A DNA stretch of 64,000 bases from Oikopleura dioica. Lineage: Eukaryota > Animalia > Chordata. A program made the translations under genes and the position numbers. Of this stretch, positions 10,800 to 25,515 are shown piece by piece (positions within the stretch are counted from its first letter, which is position 1; every line of letters begins with the position of its first letter). Where the stretch lies: positions 10,292,001 through 10,356,000 of the forward strand of contig OU015568.1 of NCBI GenBank assembly GCA_907165135.1. The letters run 5' to 3'. Below the pieces are notes generated by a model. The model searched no databases. It had not been told where the DNA came from and worked only from the letters and a program-made list of their open reading frames with translations.

Positions 10800-13700
10800 C
10801 TAGACGAAGCTCTTTCTGAATGGATAGAGGAAGTTGGTTGGGAGCTCCACGTTGATCGCCGGCGGTTTATTGAACACTTGAGTCGGCTTGGAAGATATGT
10901 CCACGAAAGTCACCGAGCTAGAAAGCTGGATTTGCCAATTGCCAGCAACTACTGAGTCCGGGATTTTCATAAGTTTAACGCGCGATAAAAATCTCAACTT
11001 CACTGCTCTTTCTTGAGTGCCTCGCACTTGGATAAATTAATCCTATTTAGACTACTCTTGGACGGAAGCGTCTTGGAGCTTAAAGATGTTTAAGTCCGTC
11101 TCTTTCTCGCTCTCTTGATGGAAAATCCCGGGCCTTGTGCAGCACTAGCAGCTTCCCAGAGCATTTCAACAGCGACAATCTAATGAAATCGTTTATTTTG
11201 AAAGTCTAAAATCTTGGACTGGCGTGTATAAACATCTTGTTTTGATGATCATAATATTCTAGGGCGTTCAGCTGGTTCAAAGTGAATAGCTTCTAATGCT
11301 TTTATAATGTATTGATGCTCTTCAAAAATGTGGAAGAAGCTTTATTGGGATGTCGAACTTAAAAAAGTTATTAAGGTGCTTTGGTGAGAAAATGAGGCGA
11401 CATTCGCCGGGAGATAACTGTCGGATCCGACATCAATAGGGACCTAAATTCAGAACAAGCAATGTTGGGTTGCAAAAGAAATCTTTTTCAATAAGAGAAA
11501 AATAATTTTAAAGAAGATGAAAAGAAAAATGTAAGTCGATCAAAATTGGAGGATTGCCTGAAAGGTCGTAAACATCACCGGCAACAACAATGGTCTTTAC
11601 TAGACTCGGTAATGGAAACAATTATTAGTCTGCATAATTATATAGAGGACGGCCTTTCGGTCATAGAATCAGATTTAAACACCGGACCGGCGTTGGAAGA
11701 GTGCTGAAATCGCTGCCGCAAGGCAAGGCGGTTTTACTGCTACTTTTTCCAGTGGTGTGTTGTTCAGCACCGCTAGAATCAACCTCACCTAACGCCTTAT
11801 ATAAACATCATGAGAGATTACCGAGAGATACTATTTTGAAAAGGGATCTTTGCTCCAGACGACCGGAAAGGGGTAAGACAACTTTTTTATATCTTTCATG
11901 AGCGCTATTTCGAACTAATTAATCAATGCACCTTCATAAAATATGCCTTGAAATTTCTGATTGCAGAATAGCAAGCTGCCAAAATAATGGAAACTTTCAC
12001 TTATGATGTGTCAAATTTGAAAAATGTCGAGTCGAATTCTAAAAAACTTTTAGAACGTCAATGGTCCCCCTACGTTGGGCGGTAAAAATCCGAAGGGTCA
12101 TTCTTTTTGGTCTCATTTGGACACTAATGATTGTTACCCTAATTCAATGGCAGCAAAAGAAACTAAGACGGAAGGAGAAGCATAGACGATTTAACTTGAG
12201 CGATGAAAGCGAATCCTCATCAGGTGAGGATTTTCCAGGATTAGTTTTAAGTTCCTAAACGTCCGCTTATAGAGTTGGATTTTGACAAGAGTCTCGACGT
12301 TCTTCTATCTGTGGACTCGCATGATGCCGAAGAACGATTTCCGATAGAAAAATTTATATCCCAAAAGAACAAGAACCGAAGAAGAAGGAGAAGATTCCTA
12401 AAGTAGAAGAAAAGAAACAAAGTCAGAAATCAATTGAAACAGAAGATACGTGTACAATTAAAGAAGGCGTCAATTGGGAGGAAATTGTGGAGCCAAAATA
12501 TAAGCTGGATCCAAATAAATTTCTCATCCCTGTGTTCACCTATGGCCCGAACAATCAATTACATGGCTTTAGAGAAACGGTCTTTATGGCAATTAAACTG
12601 AACCGAACCGTGATTCTGCCGCCTTTTTCAAACACGTACGAAACGATGCCACTGTTGAGCAACAAAATGAAATCGTTCCAGCTTATCTACGTCTGGACGT
12701 AGCGAAATTGCGAGAAACTGTTTCACTTAGCCCGCCTGAAACAGTTGCTGGATCATGTGATAGAAGATTTGATGCGTTCTTCACTACACGATCGTCTTAT
12801 TGCACGAATACGAAGATATCGCGGTTCAGAGCCGTTTGTGACTTTTTACACATGAATTGCGAGACTCCAACGGGTTACTAAGCATTTTCTATGAACCTCT
12901 TTCATTATAAAATTCAAGGTCAATTCATAATCAACGATATCAACCGAGCCGACCGAAATAAAAAGTGGTGCCCAGAACCTAACATAGACATTTTTCCTTC
13001 ATACTCCGCGATTCCAAAAACAACCAGAGACGGACCTTTCTCATTCATCGAAAACTTAGAACTTGTATGTAACAATTTAGATAACAAGAAGCAAGTTAAA
13101 TGTTCAATGGTGACATAACTCTTTCAGATTAACAAGTACTACGATACGGATAAGAAGTGCGCCGTTCTTGGTTTCCCATATCGTGGGATCTCATTCCACA
13201 TGGCATTACAGGGTCCCAAGCATTCTCAAGGACTCACTGAAGAGGAAAAGGCCACAATGAAGCGAATTATTACGATGACGCCGAGGCCGAAGCACGTCAC
13301 TGAGAGCGTGAGGGAATTCCACGTACAAAGGATGAAACGAAAATACGTGGCGATTCACTGGAGATATAATGACGACGACTGGGCGAACCATTGCAAGGTT
13401 TCAACCTCCTTCTTTGTTGCATATTATAGAATGTTATTAAGGGAAATCATGGAAATCCAAGAGCCTGTCAACAAATATTAGAAGTGATGCACGACGCTGG
13501 CCGTCTAGGAAAAGCCTTCGTAAACTTCCTTGGAAAGGTTAAAAGCAAACTTGGCATTGAAGTCATGTACATAGCCGCGCCACCCGATGAGATGGAAATG
13601 CTTGAGCGTGTCAAAATTGAAATCCTGAAGGACATGCCGACAGTCGAGATTTTCTTATCGCAACAAGTCAGATAAACCAACAAAAGAGTTGAAGTTCTAA

Positions 13701-15444
13701 CAAGTCTTTTTAGCTGTTACCATTCTTAGATGAGCGCTTCCAATCTCAAGGGTGCACCAACTATCAAGAAAATAGATTTGAGATTCTTTCGCTGGCGGAA
13801 ATGGAGCTTTGTGCAAAGTAAGTAACCCAGAAAATACTTTTTGATAAGAAAATCTAGATCTGAAATATTCTTGCGATCATCGGGCTCATCCTGGAGCATG
13901 AATATCAACTTAGAGCGAGTTATCGCCGAAAAAGACGCATACGACCTTCAAAATTTAGACCTGTTAAAAGATTACTAAGTCCACTCTCTGTGGATCACCA
14001 CTGTGTAAAGAAAAACCAAAACGCCAATCTATTTATGAAATATATAAAACCAATTCTTCAAACCTTTTTTTGAGGCGCTTGAATATAGCCGGTGTTTTGA
14101 TAGAAGATCCGGTAATGGAGGCCTGAGACGAAAGTGTTTTGGGAAACATCACATTGAGCAGAAGGCTCGCAATTGTCATTTGAACAGATTGGAGCGAGCC
14201 AGAGAGATTGGTCTTCAGCATCGGCGAGTACATTTCCAAAGGCGGCAAAGAGCTTCGACTCTTGTTGCCGCAGAGCGTTTTTGATAAGAGCTATTAAAAA
14301 TTTTAAGCAAAATGTTTACGGGTGTTTCTTACCTTGAGTAGCATCACAAGTCGCATCAGTGGCAACTTGATAAACACAAGACGCAGAGTAGTCAATGCCA
14401 AAGTTGACAATGTGAGATCGATCGAAGAAAGCGTCGTTAATGTTATCGCAAATCGTTCTGTCCATCGCTCTGAATGTGTAATCTCCAGCGACATTTGAGC
14501 CGCTCTCCACTTTGATCTGTCGGAGCGGGCGACCGACAATGTAACCTGGATTACCAGAGAAGAATTTTGTATCCTGGGGTAAGAAGGAAAGTGAGATTGT
14601 CTGAGAAGTGACCGCAGTTGAGACATCTTTCAAGGTGTTAATTATCGTCACTGCAGTTATTGCTCCGTTGGCGAAGGTAAAGTTTATTTCTGATTTGACC
14701 ACAGCGTTGGAGCAGGTGGAAGTAGCGTAAGAACTAGGCTGACAAGTCATTGCGTTGCCTGCTGAATCTAAGCAGGAGATCGTAGGAGTGATTCCAGAAG
14801 GAGTGATCGTCAGAAAAGTTGATGAGTCGAGCCAGTTGCCAGTTCCACAGTCAGTCTGCGTGTTGTGAAAGCATGATGACTCTCGTTCGGACAGAAAACT
14901 TATTCCAACTGAGGAGCATTTTTTGAAAATCGGCTTCCAGGTATTTTTACTGCAACACCAGATGAGTCCGTAAGAGCGCTTCCGAAGACGAAAGATGTTG
15001 AACCTGATACTGCTGGAGTAGGCCATGGGTTCACATCAATGTTGGTGATCGCGTTGTTAAGAGCCTCGGCTGTTGTGATCGGGTCTGAAGCAACGAAGCT
15101 CTCGCGGAAGTCTGTGTTGTCGATTTTGATGCAAAGTGGATTCGAGGAATCAGTTGAAACTGTCGTGAATTCGTACTGTGATAATGTTAGTCTAATTGTC
15201 AGCGTATAATGCTTACCTGTGACTGCGCAAGTTTTGAAAAGGTACAAAATTGTGTATCCACATCTAAGCCAGGGACTTTTATGCAATCCGAGAAGAGAGC
15301 TTTATCTTCGGCCGTACAGCTCGAATCACAACAACAATTAAAGTCGCACTTATTAGTCAAGTCGCATGTGCAAATGCTGGCAACTGAGTTTATATCTTGC
15401 GAAGAAGCGCCAAACAGACCTAGCAAAATGCCAAAAACGCGCAT
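10800..15444 (-). CDS. TCTN: Tectonic (ciliary transition-zone protein); last two exons lie beyond a 2.9-kb intron that hosts another gene
   Basis: N-terminal CTCDLT.KCDFNCCCDSSC, SGNPGYIVGRP, FAAFGN...W, YQNTGYIQAPQKK (donor 14063) joins in phase 0 to IVAVEMLW (acceptor 11180). Last exon SSSVTFVDIS...PPAINVELPTNFLYPF matches the TCTN1/3 C-terminus. One homopolymer frameshift at 14919-14924. Confidence 0.85.
11798..12053 (+). promoter_or_regulatory. Putative TATA promoter, non-coding first exon and first intron of the nested glycosyltransferase gene
   Basis: TATATAAA at 11798-11805, donor G|GTAAG at 11873, acceptor TTTAG at 12053 just before ATG 12061. Confidence 0.45.
12061..13978 (+). CDS. 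GDP-fucose O-fucosyltransferase family (POFUT-like) type II membrane glycosyltransferase, nested antisense in a tectonic intron
   Basis: N-terminal TM helix; GPNNQ...F...A..LNRTVILPPF, YVAIHWRY, EMELCAKSEIFLRSSGSSWS motifs. Frameshifts at homopolymers 12348-12352 and 12624-12628. Confidence 0.8.
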
Positions 15445-15789
15445 TCTAAAATGAAGACGTGAAAATTTTAGAATAGATAATTTATTGTGAATAGAAAGGT
15501 TGAAACATCACCACCAGGGTTGCGTTTTGTGAAATATGTACAGAAAAAATAAGAAATGGTCTTCAATCTTGAAAATGAGACAAGAACGATGAGATCTACT
15601 GTATCTACTACAGTCAAACTGTTACCTTTTTAGCAATAAGCAAGTTTGTTTACAGTCAGTAATAAGTATGAAAAGCGAGAATTAAGATGATGAATCCGGG
15701 TCTTGATGTCGGGATTTTAAAGAGCAAGAACCGCTATTGTTAGTCTTTGAATAAAGAATAGTCTTGAAAGGTTAGAAATATTTAAAATC

Positions 15790-16360
15790 TCAGGCTTGTT
15801 CCGAGTTAGGGTCATACATAAACGCCATAGTGCGATGATTTTGCATTAGTTCTCGGAAATCGCGATGCACGCGCCCTTCGATTCCAGTTCGCTCTGGCCG
15901 TTCTTGGATCAATGCTACTTCGAGGATGGTCTTGCCTTCTTTGTATTGCTATAATTCCGCTTTAGATATCATTGTTATCTAAGATAAAGTAGTTACTTGG
16001 TCATCATTGACAGCAAATTCGTACATCCATCCAAGCTTAGTATCGCAGTTCTTGCAGTAAACGTCTCTGACCTTAATTGACCATAAACTCTCGCTAAAAT
16101 TCTTAATTTTCAAACAATATGTCGACCAGTGAGCATCACTCGACAATTCGAATCGCTGTGGACGACGTTGACAACGCGATTGAACAAGTAGGCCCGCCCA
16201 GTTGAGCCAGTGAATCGTTTCGAAAACTGAACATTCATTTACCGGGTTTCAACCAGAGTCAACAAATTACAATTTCGTCTTTATTTGTCAGTGGCGCATC
16301 GCATTCCTTGCAAGAGTAGATGTGTGTTCCATTCGGGTGGTGGAGAAAAGTAACTCCCAT
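15790..16360 (-). CDS. YPEL5: Yippee-like protein (YPEL5 type)
   Basis: [20 protein letters not shown]...[17 protein letters not shown]...VMLTGRHI|[20 protein letters not shown]...YKEGKTILE; 4 exons, missed by the ORF track. Confidence 0.92.
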
Positions 16361-16956
16361 TTTTATCCTGAATTTATTAAAATTCAATTGAAATTTTTGA
16401 GGTGACATGTCTCTCATTGATTCTGGCAGTAGTTCCTAGAAAGGCAACATAACGAAACTTAAAAAAATCAAACGGAAAAGAAAAAAAATGTAGCTGACTC
16501 AGATCGATTTTAAGCTCACTGGCACATGGATTCTTCGAAAACACTTGGCTTCGAACAAACTTAGGAGATAGAGGATGGTGATACTTTGAATGCTGTTAGT
16601 TGACTTCAGACAGAAAGGGGGGAAAGGGAACATGTGAGTAATAATAATATTGACTAGTAATTGGAGTAAATAGAGGATAAAATGCGAAGTGATACAAAAA
16701 AGAAGGTAGACTATAAATTGCCTATTTTGTTAATGAGGTTAAACTGATGTTTTGAGAATTCTAAACTATACAAAGATATAACGCACTAGATACAAGGAAA
16801 AAAGATCAATTAACAATTAAAGATAAACGATAATTAAAAATAAACGAAAAGAATCCTAGAAAGAATCAGACGACTTCGATTTGAAACACTGTGGATGAGT
16901 TCCAGCCTCAGAATCACTCGAATAGAGACACTATCGGAAGTAGAAACTTTCAATCT

Positions 16957-17613
16957 TTAGATATCGTCGAAGTCAGAGGTAGGGGATTCCGAATCACTGG
17001 AAGTCTCAGAGTGTATGTTAAGTGGGTCTTCCTGAAGCTTGAATAGGTCACAGATCGTCATTGGACGCGAGACTTGCTTGTTGACGATTTTTAGATGTTT
17101 CCATTGGATTGCGTATGTCCCTTCGCTCCATCTCTATTTAAAAAGGATTGAAAAACAAAGTTAATATTGAGAGAAATTGAACCTGTGATTCAATAGTTGA
17201 GTATTCGTGATATCTTCCCAGTTTTGCTTTACATGAAACGCAGTTTATATCTCGAAACTAAACGATTCATTGGAGATAAAAGGAGAACAACAACGATAAA
17301 TAAATAGGAGTTGATATAACGTACATCGAAAATATAAGAAATTACAATGATTGTCTGATGAGGTACTCTGGCAAAATGAAACGTGGATTGCTTGCTTGCG
17401 CGTTTGCGAGTTCCTTGCGTCGTATTCATGATCTTCTTGTAGTGCAAGGATTGCGTCGCGTTTCCGTCCTCTGACGGTTTTACCGCTTCCGCGGTCGATA
17501 CTGATCATTGATGATTCAAGGATGATTTTGACTCACTTACCGATTGGTGTACTACACTTTCCACAAGCGATGTAACTATCAGTGGTTGGGTACTGGATAA
17601 ACAAAACGCCCAT
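16957..17613 (-). CDS. Diverged yippee-family paralog
   Basis: MGVLFIQYPTTDSYIACGKCSTPI ... FRDINCVSCKAKLGRYHEYSTIESQ|RWSEGTYAI; both CxxC pairs are kept and two intron positions match the neighbouring YPEL5. Confidence 0.7.
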
Positions 17614-17762
17614 ATTGAATATCGGAAACCACGAGGTTACAAAACTGAAAGCAAACGACTGAAATTGAAATTTTCGCTTTTGCAAATGTTCATTTTTGTA
17701 TGAAATTCAAATTAATAAAAAATTATTATAATGAATAACAGGTTCAGTAGAATGAAAAAATA

Positions 17763-18307
17763 TCAGAACTTGAGAGGTGGCAGGCGTTTGTCTTCGGGCA
17801 ATTTCATATTGATATTATTTATTGATCTAGCGAGATCATGAAGGTTTTTTGAAAGTTTTTCTGTGCGGGACTGCATCGTTTCAAGCTTGCTCATTTCGGA
17901 GCAGTACTTGCTCAGATTTTGCTTCAAGTTGCGAATTAAAAATTTTATGATGAGAGCAACAAAAGCTACCTTTTCTATTCTTTCGTCTACTTTAGCAAGG
18001 CCCTGGTCGATTTGAATAAGTTGATTTTGAATACCAGTTTGTTTGACAGCGATATCAGCCGCCGACTTTTCAAGGAAAACTGAAATTTCGGAGCAAATAG
18101 TTGTTAGATTTTCAGGATTCAGCTTGCTGGAAAAACGTTCAAACGAAATTCAAAGTGATTTTCTTACTTGATTTGCTTCCTAAAAGTTGTCACTTGTCCT
18201 TGAGTGTCTCCAAGAAGAGGCTTTGCAATCGGGATTTCTCTAAGATCGCTTTTTGACGATCTGGATGATTCTGTTCTTGGGCGAGCTACTATCCTTATTT
18301 CATCCAT
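17763..18307 (-). CDS. BORCS5: BLOC-1-related complex subunit 5 (myrlysin/LOH12CR1)-like
   Basis: MDEIRIVA...LREIPIAKPLL...KLNPENL..IC...A.DIA.KQ...INMKLPEDKRLPPLKF aligns with recalled BORCS5 (MDDIVVVA, LQEIPTFQPLL, LNSMLPEGERLEPF); 3 exons. Confidence 0.75.
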
Positions 18308-18451
18308 TCTAAGACACGAAAGATGAAACTGATGTTTTTCTGTACCAGTGTATTGTTGATTTTCGTGAGGCAATGAACTGATGAGAGCAGATAGAGCAAG
18401 ATAGATTGAACTAAGATTGAGGGTCAGGAATGCGCATCTAACATAAAAAGC

Positions 18452-20604
18452 TTATTTCTTCGTGAAGAAAGAAGATATCTTGGCTTGACCAGCAGAAGGA
18501 GTAGACTTGCGTTTTTGTGAAATTATCTTGCGCGATGGTGTGAGCTTTTTCGGGGAAGCTTTTACAGGCGATTTCTTGGACACGAAAACAATCTCGTCGG
18601 AGTTCTTCTCTTCCTTTACTTCTTCTTTTTGAGAAGCTGTTTTATTGGCTTCTTTTGAAAGAAAAAGCTTATCGAAACTGGATAGATCCGGCTTTGGTGC
18701 TTCTTCTTTTGGCTTCAAGGGACGAGATGCCGACAGAAATTCCTCGTCTCCAGCAAATAAATCGTCGAGAAATTTAGATTTTGTTGGAGGAGTTATGCTT
18801 CGAGAAGAGCTTTGAGTATCAGAAACGGAGCCAACCGAGGATTCTCTAAAGTTATCGTGAGGTTTACACACTTGAAATAAGTTAAAATAATTAAACGAAG
18901 AAATCAGACGAAAGAAATTCATAAAATCAAGCAAGCGTAAAACTGGCCCAGTTGAAAACAGAATAAACAGAAAATAAAGTACCTGAAGTATTTACTACGC
19001 ATTTCAGCATCTGGCGTTTCCACCGTTTTTCGTCCGGGCACGACCGATTTGAACGATTTTCGGCAATCATTTGAGACTGGCAAGAGGCTTTCGCTGCCCA
19101 TGGCTTTTGTGATGTCCAAGCGCCACGATTTGTCAGGCTTGAATTCCTTCTTTCGGATGCCTCCGTCGTGGTCGCTTTTTCGTTTCAGCGAAGTCGCAGT
19201 TTTAGGCGATTGAACAATCATCGGATTGTCTTTTGCCTCCATTTTCACTTCCGCTTTGCCCCCGACGGCCTCTAGAATATTCAAATTCTTTTCTTGCAGC
19301 GACTTTCGAACATCTTCAATCGTCTTGATCGAGCCACATTGAGGATAGTCAGCGTCCGATTTTCCTTCTGGATAGGGTTGAAACGGCTGCACGGACTTAT
19401 TTTTTGTGTCAACAATCAGCTGGTAGTAAAATGTGTCCTCCGCATCGGTTATCTTTTCGGCCGTGTTTGGCTCCCACTTTGCTTTCGAACGGTTCAAAAA
19501 TAATGAGGCTAAGTAAAGATTGACAGAAGGACGGATTGAGGGCAGTGATAAGCGCTTCCGACAATTTAAGACATTCGAGATTTCATTTTTCATGTGAAAG
19601 TAAAATGAGTGCTTTTAAAAACTGCTTTATTGCAGATGCTGTTCGACCATATTTTTTGAACACTGCCTAATTGTTTTGAATTAAAATAAGAGTTCTTTTT
19701 CTCCATAATCGCTTTCAACGAGTGATCATCCTGTTCAAACGCACGCACAAGCAGTTTTATAGACGTCTTCAGTCCAAAACCAGGAATTCCTTTCGGAAAA
19801 TAATCGCAGCCCTGCATTATGCAAGCATATCTAAGCCATCGCAGCTTATCATCAAATTTTTCTAATTCTTTGACGGAGTCAATTTTGTTTTGATCGACGA
19901 TTTGGCATTTTCCGTCGTCTTGTAGTTTTGTGATGAGACGCTTGGTTCCGAAAATGAACAGATCGGAGTCCTCTTTAAAAAAGTTCAAAAATGAAAATAG
20001 ATAAGAGATGAAATTAGATCATGCTTTACTGTGATAGTAGGAACTTTTCCTGTAATAACTGCATCAACTCGTTTTTCACGTGAAAGCCAGGCCAATTGCG
20101 CATCCGCTTCATACGGCGCCGTAATGACCATGTATCCCTTCTCTCTGCACATGCTCTTGACGCCTTGAGTAATTTCCGGGGAGATGCGAATCGCTTGGAT
20201 GAAGAAATTCCACGAGCTTTGATTATTCTTCAACGCCTCAATTGCTTTCTGTCGATTTTCCTCGCGACGGGCCCGGCGAGTTTCGTTCGTTGCTTTTTTC
20301 GATGGAAGTTTTTCGCCGTCAAAGACGCAGATTGGAGTGATATTGAATTTTTTCAAAAGCTCGAGTCGCTTGAGACAGAAAGCATTGATTTCTACAAGAG
20401 TAAAAATGAAGTTGAAATCAAGGAAGACTCCCTACTTTCTGATGGTCTTTCTGGATTCATAACGACGCCTTGTGCATCTTGAACTGCTCCTCTATGCACC
20501 CAGCAGGGCATATCCACTGCCACAACTTGTCCCCTTATCGCTTTGAGCGTCTGTATTTTATCCACGCATGGTTTTATGAATTCATAGAGTCCGGAAATTC
20601 CCAT
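18452..20604 (-). CDS. EXO1: Exonuclease 1 (XPG/FEN1 family)
   Basis: MGISGLYEFIK...GQVVAVD..CWVHRGA, VFDGEKLPSK, APYEADAQLA, VIT|EDSDL, GCDYF..IPGFGLK; C-terminal PIP-box-like QAKISSFF. Confidence 0.93.
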
Positions 20605-21237
20605 TGCCTAAAATCTAAAAATATTGAATTATATAAAAGCACTGATGTTTTTCATGAAAGGTTGTTTTCAAAGGAACGGGAATCTTTTGGAGCGAATATA
20701 ATAAAATAATAAAACTACAAAGGCAGAAAGTGAGAGTAGAAGTGCAATCGTTGTTAATAGAAGAATGGGTTCTAGGAAAAAACTGAATGAAAGAGAATAA
20801 AAATGCATTTCGATGCATTTTGAGAAGGAAAACTGATAATGAAAGAAGTACGTTAATTTTTAGTTAAATTTCTTGCGAAAAAATGGCTCAAATGGCTAGA
20901 ATTAAACTAAAACTACAGAATATAACTAATAACACATAAATCGGAAAAATAACACACATAAAACACTGAACTTTGTTTACGATGTATTTAAATTAATATT
21001 TAATAAGGTTTTGTATAACTAATACAGTAAGAGAAATTCTTATCTTCGTTCATATTTTTGGAAAGAGGATGCTTTTTTTTTTCTTCAGGTAGTGCTGGAA
21101 GCAGAAGTTTGGAAGTAGAACTCGTTAAGTTTTTTTTGTTATTCGATCAGATCACCAGCTGATCAATTGCTCGCTTCTTGTTCGGCGAGAGTAAGAGTTA
21201 TTTTTTGGAACTGTAATTAGGAAGAAGGGCTGAAGCT

Positions 21238-25073
<3,836 letters not shown>

Positions 25074-25515
25074 TGGGAGACAACAAGGACTCTACTCAGA
25101 ACAAAATCACAATCTCACAACGCGTGCTGCAAAACGAACGCCCTGCTTCCACTTTTTCTTTGTTGCATATCTGAAACAATAAAAATTCGGAGAGAGATAG
25201 GCACTAATCGTCTAATCCGACTGTATCCTGCTGTTAAAACAATTGTGTATTGATTTTCGTCTGCTTGAGACACATTTTATTTTTGAACCATTGTGGAGAA
25301 TTCAGAATCGGGGCTAACGTGCGAGGAGACGGTTGAGTGGGGGATGGTTGAGTTTTATATTTATTGGAGAACGGGGGACATTGATCAGGGGCAAGGGGGG
25401 TGGTTGATTATTGAACGTAGTAGGACACCAGAAAGATGGGTTATATTTAGATGAGATATGAAATTTCGATGCACAGAAATTTAACCTAGATGGATGAAAT
25501 TAAATTAAAATTAAC

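Noticed and set aside
11220-11445. Exon-like minus-strand segment that could splice into the tectonic exon at 11179
   Set aside because: It has no tectonic similarity and contains stops upstream; direct joining of 14064 to 11179 fits the family alignment. It may still be an alternative exon.
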